64,000 nt of DNA. It comes from Oscillospiraceae bacterium (lineage in GTDB: Bacteria > Bacillota > Clostridia > Oscillospirales > Ruminococcaceae). The position numbers were made by a program, and so were the translations under genes. The stretch is from assembly GCA_045532595.1 (NCBI GenBank), contig JAZSGG010000008.1:969-64968 (forward strand), given 5' to 3'. Within the stretch, counting starts at the first letter, position 1. Each line of letters starts with the position of its first letter. Under the pieces are notes generated by a model that had not been told where the DNA came from, searched no databases, and was given only the letters and a program-made list of their open reading frames with translations. Below, in pieces: positions 55,794-64,000 of the stretch.

Positions 55794-56876
55794 TTATGCA
55801 AAGCAGTCTGCTATATTTTCAGGCATTAGCCATGCTGTATCCCATACCGCATCGTAAGCAAGCTCCAGATTATCCTCAGAATACTCCATCTGCTTTGAAT
55901 AGAGCTTCAGATTCAGTATCCTTTGCCATTCGGTAAGTTCCCCACCAATGTCACTCAGGCAATCCGACAATGCGACCGCTAGTACAGACATCATAGCAAA
56001 GCCGAAACGACTGACGATCTCACCTTCAAATACGCCATTCAGGAAATAGCGATAGCAGAAATACACCACCAGATGCTCATATCTCCACAGCTCTTCCCTG
56101 TTTTTTTCAAGAAATCCGCCGAACGCAGCTGCAAGCTGATCGCAGTTGGCTTCAATACACTCGGCATGAGCGTCCCACTCTGCGCCGATGCTTTCAGTGC
56201 GGCTCCAGAGATGTATCAGCTCCTTTATCACAGATGCAAGCTCATTGTTATCGAGCTTCTCTGCTTCTGAAAACTGCACATCAGGAACGTTCAGTTCACC
56301 ATTATCAAGGCATTCCTGCAGCTCCCGTACATACTCCGCAGCGCTTCTCAGCCTGTCCGCAAAGGGGTGTTCCCTGTTCTGCAGGATGGAAAAAAGGCGC
56401 TCTCTTGCCGCTGTCAGATATTGCAAAAGCTCCTCGGAGCAGGTCTCATCCCACTCCTCGTCGATCTCGGACTCCTTAAAGCTAAGCGGTGTGCTGTCCG
56501 AAAACAGCAGGCGGCAGACCTCCTCACAGCAAAGCCCCAGACCTGCTTCCTTTATTCCGTTATACCAGCCGAAAAATCTCGGATGCAGTGCACAGATATC
56601 ACACAGGCTATCCTCGCCTTCGTGCAGTATCAGCTCGCATCTGCCGTCCTCACGCAGAAGCGCACAGCGCTCACCCTCACCGAATGCAAAGGTGCAGACA
56701 TCATCACGACGATGTATCGCAGCACGCAGGCGCTCGCCGAAATCGCCGCCGACCTTATCGAATCGCTCCAGCGAGACAGGATCTATATCTATCTCCCAGC
56801 CGATGCAACAATTATCCGTGCAGCGCTCGGCTATGCAAACAAAATCATCGTAAAATCTTGGTTTAATAAGTTTCAT
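55794..56876 (-). CDS. fliB: FliB-family flagellin lysine-N-methylase-like Fe-S protein
   Basis: P.FY..F.CIA..C.DNCCIGWEIDID, C.LL..DG.C.L, LCDIC.LHPR, L.CEEV. Confidence 0.8.
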   Translation of the reverse strand: MKLIKPRFYDDFVCIAERCTDNCCIGWEIDIDPVSLERFDKVGGDFGERLRAAIHRRDDVCTFAFGEGERCALLREDGRCELILHEGEDSLCDICALHPRFFGWYNGIKEAGLGLCCEEVCRLLFSDSTPLSFKESEIDEEWDETCSEELLQYLTAARERLFSILQNREHPFADRLRSAAEYVRELQECLDNGELNVPDVQFSEAEKLDNNELASVIKELIHLWSRTESIGAEWDAHAECIEANCDQLAAAFGGFLEKNREELWRYEHLVVYFCYRYFLNGVFEGEIVSRFGFAMMSVLAVALSDCLSDIGGELTEWQRILNLKLYSKQMEYSEDNLELAYDAVWDTAWLMPENIADCFA

Positions 56877-56897
56877 GCTCATATTGCTCCGTTAAGA

Positions 56898-59060
56898 TCA
56901 GAATTCCACATCATCCAGCTCATCGGGATAATAGGACAACGATCCGTCTTCCTCTACCACAAATGTGACAAAGGGAGTAAAATACCAGTTGCCATAGATA
57001 TCGTAGAGCGTGATGCTGTAGGTGTATTCAGCCGACGGGAGCGCCTGATAGGAAAGCTTTGTTGCATCGGTGATAACATACTCATCACCTGTTATGTAGC
57101 CTTCGTTCTCGTCATCAACATAGATATATACAGGCTGGATCACATCGCCCTCCTGCAGTGCCACGATATCACGGGACGCCATACCTGTCAGTGCATCGAC
57201 GCCCGCCCATGCGCCGACAATATTCCAGGAAGAGGTATTCCAGTTATATTCGATACGCAGGTTATTATACTCGCCATTAAGCATTATCTCGCAGGTATAG
57301 ATGCTGTAATCATCATTCTGATCTATGACCTCGATAGCAAGCGGCTGACCGTCGTCAAGACTGATCCAGCTGCCGTTGAAATTATCTCCTATAAGCCTTT
57401 TGTTCCTGTCGCATATAACATCATCATCCGAACCGAGGTAGATATAACCGAGACTGTCGCTCCACATAAATACGCTGCAGGCAGCAAAGGCAAGGTTTTC
57501 CATGCTCTCAAGCTTTACTGTATATGTGGAATCTGAGGAAAAATACACATCCTCGATCGTTATAGTACTGTTTTCATCATAATCAGCAAAATCATCTGTA
57601 TTGGTAGAATAATCTCCGCCTGTGTATCCGATATCCCAGATATCCTCAAAATCACCAAAAAAGCCCTCATCGGAATAGTCATAGGCGTCATATCCCGACG
57701 CACAGTAGGCTGCCTTATCAACAAAGGCAAGATAGAATGTGCTGGGACATATCTCCGCAAAGATAGAAAGCTCATACGAACCCTGTACCGCCAGAGGATA
57801 GTATACCGAAAGACCTGTAGCATCACTGTGAAGTCTGCCGTTCTTCATATATACTACCGCTTCATCCAGCAGCTCTATTACTTCGTCTGCATTATCGCAG
57901 AATTTATCACACTGAGCCATCATACTACCGAGATCCACCATGTTCGAGTAGCCCTCACTGCTGTTGTTTCCGCCGAAATTGTCAGCCTCTCGCACAGCAC
58001 GAACCACATCGGTGAATTTGCGGTATTCATACATATCCTTTGCTGCATGGTTGAATGCACGAAGCAGGGGATCGATCTTTGAAAGATCCACAACGGAGAA
58101 GGTCGCCCAGGAATCGGACATCATCATCTCGCACTGTCTGTAATAGGAGTTGCCCAGCTCAGTGCCGAGCTGAACACCGTCTGCGCTCTTATTATATGCA
58201 AGATAGCTCTGCAGCGCAGTGTAATCCCAGCCGCCTGCAGGCTCGGACTCCTGAGAAGCTATCATGTAATTCGCATACGGAACAAGTATATTGGCTGTTT
58301 CAAGAGTAGCCATCAGGCAGGCGTCAAAGCCGATGAACTCGAACTTTTCAGTCATGCTGTCAAAGCTGTCGTTGAGCGCCTTGTCGATTTCGGAAAGCGT
58401 CAGGCTGTCATAGTTGAAGCGCTCATCGAAGCAGACTCCGCTGATACTTCCGCCCCCGTGATTCCAGAAGATAAGTCCCATGTTATTGGCAGGGTAGTTT
58501 TTAGCGCCCCACTTGACAAAATCCGAAAGAGTAGAGGGATCGCCCATATTGGAAACAAGCTTTTCATCCACAAGCTCAAGACCATTCTCACCAACAATAA
58601 AACGCTGGCAGCGCAGCTCATTGAACGAAGCGTCGTACCAGTCGTTGGTGCCGCCTGTCTGGAATATGATATTCACGCCATCGGCACACTTGGCACTGAG
58701 AAGCTCCTGAATATCCAGATACGCTGCAATAGCCTCGCTTTCGAGATCGGTGCCGCAAAGGTATACCAGTACAGTCCAGTCATCGCCGCCCATGGGTCTC
58801 TCCTGCTCTCTGGAAAGACGATCAATATTATATTCGCCATCCACCATAGAAAGCTTCGAGCCGCTATCCACATAATCCGAACGATCCGAGCCTGTCTGCT
58901 CGGGAACATTGCTCTCCTCCTTGACAGTCGTTTTCGGGCGTGTGAAGAGCGTGGTTTCGTCTGGCACACGCTCGCTTATTTCGGCAGTGTTCATTCCACA
59001 ACCGCTGAGGCAAAAGCACAATGCAAGCGCTGCAGCCATAGCTCTTATATATCTTTTCAT
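56898..59060 (-). CDS. Clostripain-family (C11) cysteine peptidase lipoprotein
   Basis: Lipobox LSGC; VYLCGTDLES, WNHGGG, GFDACLMA. Confidence 0.9.
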   Translation of the reverse strand: MKRYIRAMAAALALCFCLSGCGMNTAEISERVPDETTLFTRPKTTVKEESNVPEQTGSDRSDYVDSGSKLSMVDGEYNIDRLSREQERPMGGDDWTVLVYLCGTDLESEAIAAYLDIQELLSAKCADGVNIIFQTGGTNDWYDASFNELRCQRFIVGENGLELVDEKLVSNMGDPSTLSDFVKWGAKNYPANNMGLIFWNHGGGSISGVCFDERFNYDSLTLSEIDKALNDSFDSMTEKFEFIGFDACLMATLETANILVPYANYMIASQESEPAGGWDYTALQSYLAYNKSADGVQLGTELGNSYYRQCEMMMSDSWATFSVVDLSKIDPLLRAFNHAAKDMYEYRKFTDVVRAVREADNFGGNNSSEGYSNMVDLGSMMAQCDKFCDNADEVIELLDEAVVYMKNGRLHSDATGLSVYYPLAVQGSYELSIFAEICPSTFYLAFVDKAAYCASGYDAYDYSDEGFFGDFEDIWDIGYTGGDYSTNTDDFADYDENSTITIEDVYFSSDSTYTVKLESMENLAFAACSVFMWSDSLGYIYLGSDDDVICDRNKRLIGDNFNGSWISLDDGQPLAIEVIDQNDDYSIYTCEIMLNGEYNNLRIEYNWNTSSWNIVGAWAGVDALTGMASRDIVALQEGDVIQPVYIYVDDENEGYITGDEYVITDATKLSYQALPSAEYTYSITLYDIYGNWYFTPFVTFVVEEDGSLSYYPDELDDVEF

Positions 59061-59097
59061 AAAACACCATCCTGTTTATCATAATAATGCTCAATTA

Positions 59098-59126
59098 ATT
59101 ATATCAGCAAATACTGCCTATGTCAA
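59098..59126 (-). promoter_or_regulatory. SigA promoter of the clostripain-fliB unit
   Basis: TTGACA-17-TATAAT. Confidence 0.8.
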
Positions 59127-59131
59127 GGAAA

Positions 59132-59159
59132 TACCCGATATCCGTCGGGATATCGGGTA
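59132..59159 (-). terminator. Hairpin downstream of the GH5 gene
   Basis: TACCCGATATCC-gtcg-GGATATCGGGTA, 12-bp stem. Confidence 0.7.
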
Positions 59160-59163
59160 AGCA

Positions 59164-60768
59164 TTATGAATGGTTCACAAACCAGTCTCTCATGAATTTG
59201 CCGTTATCAGTGAGATTACTGTCGTTCCAGCCGCCTGTTGGACTTGCTCCGGGCTTCAGCAGCGATGCAGCCTCCGACTTATCGCACAGTGACCAGTTCA
59301 TATAGCTGATGTTCAGGCTGTCAAGCAGCTCTAGCCATTTCCTGCCCTGCTCAAAATCGTTCCTGCCGTTGCCTGACGCATCGCAGTTACCGAATTCCGT
59401 TACCATAACAGGGAGTCCGCTGTTGTGGCAGTTCTTCAGCCTGTCACGCAGCCAGTCGGTATGAGTAGCAGCATAGTAATGCAGAGCATACATCACATTA
59501 TCGTAGCTGAGCGGATCCGCAAGCGCCTTGTCGATATCCTGCGACCAGGTGGGAGTGCCTACGATAATCACACTGTCGGGATCATTTGCACGGATAACAG
59601 GGATGACCTCCTCTGCATAAGGCTTTACATCACCGCTCCATGATGCATAGCCGTTAGGCTCGTTGCAGATCTCGTAGATGATATTGGGGTATTCCGCATA
59701 CTTTTCGGACATATACTTAAAGAATCTCAGCGAATCAGCCTTGCGTACCTGCGGTGACTGATCCTGAAGGATGTGCCAGTCCACAATGACATACATATCA
59801 AGCTCTATCGCCGCATCAACGGCATTCTGAACTGTCTGCTCTATGCCCGCCTTAGTGGCATCGGTATAGCCCTCACCTGCGCCTGTATACATTGCAAGGC
59901 GGATGACGTTTATCTTCCACTCATCACGCAGATATCTGAACACATCCTTATTTGCAAAGGCAGGAAACCACTGTATACCATGGGTGGAAACACCACGAAG
60001 CTGAACAGGATCACCGTTTTTATCCACAAGATCGGTACCCTTTACCGAAAGCTGACCGTGTACAGATACAAGTCCTGCCCTGTTTGTTGCTTCAACAACA
60101 GGCGTCTGAGGCTTCGGTGCTGCGGTGGTAGTAGTTGCAGTGGTTGTTGTAGTCTGCTGCGGCTTAGGCTGAGCAGGTGCGGAAGCCGCTTCTCCATCAA
60201 CGGAAATAGCCGATACGGCCTTCGGAGTCTTTACGATAAATCCGAATGTTGTCTCTGCACCTTCAGGGATAACACCGTTATATTCAACATTCAATGCGGA
60301 AACTTCGCTTCCCTGCGCAGAAATAACGACATTCCAGGACTGCATTATCTCTGCCTGCTGACCGAGATCAAGCTTTATGCTCCATTTTTCTGTGGGTGCG
60401 CCTGTGTTATTTATGATCACCACATCCACCTGACTGCACTCCATACCATCCTCCTGCCAGGTATTAGGGATAGTGCAGGAGACCGCCAGCGACTTTTCGG
60501 CAGGCTTTTCCTCAGGAGAAACATCCTCAACGTCAGCTGTTGTGTTGTTCTCCACAACAGTGTTCTCAGGCAGCTGCTCTGTAACAGGTGCAGAAGTGTT
60601 TTCAACGGGAATGCTTTCCTCAGGCGCATCATCCTGTACCGTTGCAGCAGAGGATGTATTTTCAGCGACTGACTGCCCCTCAGACACTGTATTTTCCGAG
60701 CATCCGACAGAAGTAAGCGCAATAGCCGCAGCAAGCATAACTGCTGCAAGCTTTCTCAATATCTTCAT
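59164..60768 (-). CDS. Lipoprotein endoglucanase, CBM2-GH5 (GH5_2-like)
   Basis: Lipobox SVGC; CBM2-like W..W..N motif; Thr-rich linker; LRGVSTHG, IYEICNEP, VTEFG. Confidence 0.9.
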   Translation of the reverse strand: MKILRKLAAVMLAAAIALTSVGCSENTVSEGQSVAENTSSAATVQDDAPEESIPVENTSAPVTEQLPENTVVENNTTADVEDVSPEEKPAEKSLAVSCTIPNTWQEDGMECSQVDVVIINNTGAPTEKWSIKLDLGQQAEIMQSWNVVISAQGSEVSALNVEYNGVIPEGAETTFGFIVKTPKAVSAISVDGEAASAPAQPKPQQTTTTTATTTTAAPKPQTPVVEATNRAGLVSVHGQLSVKGTDLVDKNGDPVQLRGVSTHGIQWFPAFANKDVFRYLRDEWKINVIRLAMYTGAGEGYTDATKAGIEQTVQNAVDAAIELDMYVIVDWHILQDQSPQVRKADSLRFFKYMSEKYAEYPNIIYEICNEPNGYASWSGDVKPYAEEVIPVIRANDPDSVIIVGTPTWSQDIDKALADPLSYDNVMYALHYYAATHTDWLRDRLKNCHNSGLPVMVTEFGNCDASGNGRNDFEQGRKWLELLDSLNISYMNWSLCDKSEAASLLKPGASPTGGWNDSNLTDNGKFMRDWFVNHS

Positions 60769-60806
60769 AGGTCTGTCCTTTCTCAAACATCAATAATATA
60801 ATATAT

Positions 60807-60869
60807 AGTATACATCTAAATCAGTTTTTTGTAAAGCCCCTTGACAAACTGCCGCCTATATTGTATGAT
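60807..60869. promoter_or_regulatory. Back-to-back SigA promoters for GH5 and GH9
   Basis: Minus: TTTACA-17-TATACT (60835-60807); plus: TTGACA-17-TATGAT with TG (60841-60869). Confidence 0.75.
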
Positions 60870-60899
60870 ATGTAAAATATCACCAACACGGAGGCTGCT

Positions 60900-62507
60900 A
60901 TGAATCAGGAGAAACATATTTTCATAAATCAGGCGGGATATCTTCCGCACATGGCAAAGCGCGCAACTATAACAACACCCTGCGACAGCTTTCAGGTAAC
61001 TGACTCAGACGGAAATACAGTTTTTTCGGGAAAGACCGAATATATAGGCTACAGCGACAAATCAGGCGAAGAACTGCACATCGCAGATTTTTCAGCAATA
61101 AAGGGATGCGGAACATATCATATTCTCTTGCCCGATGGCGAGATCTCCGATGATATCATCATAGGGGATGATGTATACAGATCCTGCTTTGATGATGTGA
61201 CAAAGGCTTTCTATTACCTCAGATGCGGCTGCGGACTTGACGAGCGCCACGCAGGTGTATTCAGGCACGGTGCCTGCCACACAGGTAAGGCGCTGATATG
61301 GACTGACGGCAGCGAGGCACCCGATGTTACCGGCGGCTGGCACGATGCAGGCGATTACGGAAGATATGTCACTGCGGGAGCCTGTGCGCTCTCCCACCTG
61401 CTGTATGCATATATCTTCTACCCCGAAGCATTTGAAAAACAGCACCTGAACATTCCCGAAAGTGGCAGCAAAGAGCCTGATATCCTCAGCGAATGTCGTG
61501 TGGAGCTTGACTGGATAATGAAGCTGCAGCGCAACGACGGCGCCGTATATCACAAGCTGACCACTCAGCACCATGCACCGTTCGTAATGCCCGAGGAGGA
61601 TACCGCTCAGCTTTATCTGCTGCCTCCATCCTCTATGGCAACAGCCGACACTGCCGCCGTTCTTGCACTTGCAAGCAGAGTATACCGCAGCTCTGATGCT
61701 GCTTATGCGGACAGGCTTCTGGAAAGAGCGCTGCTGAGCTATTCCTGGCTTGAAGCAAACCCCGACTTCCTTTACGAAAACATACAGGAATGCACCACAG
61801 GCAGCTATGGAGAAAGAGAAGATGTCGGCAATCGTTTCTGGGCGGCGGCTGAGCTTTTTGCTGCAACAGGCGACGAGAAATATCACACTGCGATAAAGGA
61901 ATACAGCCACCGTCAGGATATACATATATCGCTCGGCTATACGGACATGGATGGCATCGGAATGCTTTCGTATATTCTCTGTAACAAAGCCGATGATGAC
62001 ATCTGCAGCATTTTCAGACAGCACATTATAAACAGAGCAGATAACTTAGTTAGTGAGGCAGAATGCTGCGGCTACGGATGCTCAATGAAAGAATTCGAAT
62101 TTGGATGGGGCAGCAATATGGGCGTGCTGAAAAACGCCATGCTGATGCTAATCGCCGAGCGACTCACAGGCAATGAAAAATACAGTGTCGCCACCGCAGA
62201 CCAGCTGCATTATCTCCTCGGCAGAGACCCGCTGGGCATAAGCTATGTAAGCGGTACAGGAGTCCGCCCGATCAATTATCCACACCTGAGACCCACTGTT
62301 GCTGACAACATAGATGAATGCATCCCAGGAATGGTGAGCGGAGGTCCGAACAAATACCGCAGCGACCCTGACGCAAAGCTGCTGATACAGGAAGGAACTC
62401 CTGCAATGAAATGCTTCGCAGATGACCACAGATGCTATTCACTCAACGAGATAACCATATACTGGAACTCGCCTGCCGTCTTTGTACTGGCGCATTTCAA
62501 CAAGTAA
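60900..62507 (+). CDS. GH9 glycoside hydrolase with an N-terminal Ig-like domain, no signal peptide
   Basis: FINQAGY, GGWHDAGDYGRY, PHLRP, NEITIYWNSP. Confidence 0.92.
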   Translation: MNQEKHIFINQAGYLPHMAKRATITTPCDSFQVTDSDGNTVFSGKTEYIGYSDKSGEELHIADFSAIKGCGTYHILLPDGEISDDIIIGDDVYRSCFDDVTKAFYYLRCGCGLDERHAGVFRHGACHTGKALIWTDGSEAPDVTGGWHDAGDYGRYVTAGACALSHLLYAYIFYPEAFEKQHLNIPESGSKEPDILSECRVELDWIMKLQRNDGAVYHKLTTQHHAPFVMPEEDTAQLYLLPPSSMATADTAAVLALASRVYRSSDAAYADRLLERALLSYSWLEANPDFLYENIQECTTGSYGEREDVGNRFWAAAELFAATGDEKYHTAIKEYSHRQDIHISLGYTDMDGIGMLSYILCNKADDDICSIFRQHIINRADNLVSEAECCGYGCSMKEFEFGWGSNMGVLKNAMLMLIAERLTGNEKYSVATADQLHYLLGRDPLGISYVSGTGVRPINYPHLRPTVADNIDECIPGMVSGGPNKYRSDPDAKLLIQEGTPAMKCFADDHRCYSLNEITIYWNSPAVFVLAHFNK

Positions 62508-62551
62508 TCGTTCCAAACCTTGGACATATCGACGATTGTAAGTAAAACTTA

Positions 62552-62580
62552 TTGACAACAGTCTATAATCGGTTTATACT
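62552..62580 (+). promoter_or_regulatory. SigA promoter of the second EAL gene
   Basis: TTGACA-17-TATACT. Confidence 0.75.
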
Positions 62581-62613
62581 TATTTATTATAATACTAGTA
62601 AGGAAGTTTTAAT

Positions 62614-64000
62614 ATGAAAAACTGGGAAACCATATTCGGATCTGCCTGGGCGACATTTGCAAAGAATATCCCCGAGATAGGTGCATTTCTTGTGGATCAC
62701 AAAAACAGCACCGTCAAAGCCGACAAAAACATTGCAAAGCTTCTGGACGTTTCAGTACTGCCAGATCATGATACATTCATGAACATTATCGACAATCTGC
62801 GCCGGGAGGACAGCAATTCAAGGCTAAAAATATTTATCGCCGAGGATGATGATAGTCTCACTGCAGGTTACATCGGCGTTCCCCCTGAAACCTCACTTAC
62901 ATTCAACAGCCAGCTGCCCGTATATTCCTATGCGCACTTTGTCTCTGCAATAACACAGGACACTGCCAATTCCCTGCTTGCTCTCCTGCAGATACAGGAC
63001 TACTCAGGAGCAAAGCTTTCAGGCAGCGATATTTCACTTGCGCTTGCAGGAATCATTGCTGCATCACCGCAGGATGCTATTCTGTCAGCTGCCTCCAAAA
63101 ATAAGTTCTGGTTTTATATCCCGAATTTTTCAGACGAAAAAATAATGTGGCTGGAACGCCTTCAGGCATCCATGCGAAAATATGTAGCGCAGAACTCTGA
63201 GAAAAATTCCAGAAACATCACATTCACCGCAGGCTGCGGTGCTGACTCATCCGTTTATTCCCAGCGTATGCAGACTGCCGAATTTGCGCTGTATGAGGCC
63301 GAAGCCATAGGCGCAGGTAGTATTTTGGTATATTCCGCCGAACGCTACAGCCAGCAGAAGACCGAATACGAGAACATGAAGCGTTTCTCTCAGCTTATCG
63401 ACAACAACCTTTTCACATACCACTTCCAGCCGATAGTCAGCGCAAGAAACGGCGATATCTATGCTTACGAAGCGCTCATGAGAACAGATCCTTCCATCGG
63501 CATGTACCCGCTTGAGATCCTGAGCGCTGCCACAAAGCTCGGCAGACTGTATGACATTGAAAAAGCAACCATACGCAACTCTCTTTCGTTCATAAGCGCC
63601 AATCAGGAAGCCTTCGCAGAGCGAAAGCTGTTCATTAATTCCATTCCCGCTCACATACTCAGCACCACAGACTGGGAGACTATTGTAGGCGAATACGGCG
63701 AACTGATGGAGAAGCTCGTTATCGAAATGACCGAGCAATCCGAGATGGATAACGACCGCCTTGCTATCATCCAGAACAGACTTAAAAGATGTAACATCCA
63801 GCTTGCAATCGATGATTACGGCACAGGCTATTCGAACACCACCAATCTTATCAGATATGGTCCAAGCTATGTCAAGTTAGACCGCTCGCTTATTGAAGGC
63901 ATCAATGAAAACCAGAAGATGCAGAAGCTCGTGGCTGGTATAATGGAATTTATCCATGAAAACGGCTATGCGGCTCTCGCTGAGGGTGTAGAGACCTATG
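62614..64000 (+). CDS. Degenerate GGDEF + EAL protein, 3'-truncated by the window edge (absent from ORF track)
   Basis: Manual translation MKNWETIFG...FTYHFQPIVSARNGDIYAYEALMR...IEMTE...IDDYGTGYS...VKLDR...AEGVET. Confidence 0.9.
   Translation, partial: MKNWETIFGSAWATFAKNIPEIGAFLVDHKNSTVKADKNIAKLLDVSVLPDHDTFMNIIDNLRREDSNSRLKIFIAEDDDSLTAGYIGVPPETSLTFNSQLPVYSYAHFVSAITQDTANSLLALLQIQDYSGAKLSGSDISLALAGIIAASPQDAILSAASKNKFWFYIPNFSDEKIMWLERLQASMRKYVAQNSEKNSRNITFTAGCGADSSVYSQRMQTAEFALYEAEAIGAGSILVYSAERYSQQKTEYENMKRFSQLIDNNLFTYHFQPIVSARNGDIYAYEALMRTDPSIGMYPLEILSAATKLGRLYDIEKATIRNSLSFISANQEAFAERKLFINSIPAHILSTTDWETIVGEYGELMEKLVIEMTEQSEMDNDRLAIIQNRLKRCNIQLAIDDYGTGYSNTTNLIRYGPSYVKLDRSLIEGINENQKMQKLVAGIMEFIHENGYAALAEGVETY

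Noticed and set aside
1-64000. CRISPR array, rRNA, tRNA, IS/transposase, prophage
   Set aside because: No regularly spaced direct repeats, structural RNA signatures, DDE or tyrosine recombinase, or phage structural motifs were recognised by eye; a tRNAscan/cmscan run would be needed to exclude small RNAs fully

Overview
Chromosomal window from a motile, fibre-degrading Oscillospiraceae/Ruminococcaceae-type Firmicute (taxon inferred from gene content). Left: a partial TIGR01212 radical SAM gene, a MocR regulator, a LacI-type sensor-GGDEF*-EAL protein, a TM1266-family regulator plus NitT/TauT ABC operon behind a long structured leader, and a PTS EIIACB. 10.6-23 kb is an accessory stretch: serine hydrolase, rsgA paralogue with a leader peptide, several GNATs and P-loop kinases, HD-GYP, an amber-interrupted MCP, a Cys-rich KTR gene and TetR. 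The middle holds an AAA+ ATPase, a giant (~1718 aa) flagellin with about 11 internal repeats between two paralogous solute-binding lipoproteins, GH43 and a GldAFG-like ABC/DUF4340 operon. Then come gltX and the conserved rimP-nusA-ylxR-ylxQ-infB-rbfA-nrnA-truB-ribF operon. Right: zinc-ribbon membrane protein, XRE regulator, M15 D,D-carboxypeptidase, GNAT, FliB, clostripain, a divergent CBM2-GH5/GH9 pair and a partial EAL gene. Best candidates for new biology: (1) a tandem-module terminator/antiterminator RNA at 5140-5326 that matches no riboswitch class I recognise; (2) the giant repeat flagellin; (3) a leader-peptide attenuator upstream of the rsgA-GNAT pair. No rRNA, tRNA, CRISPR array or transposase was recognised. 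All family assignments are from motif recognition, not database searches.
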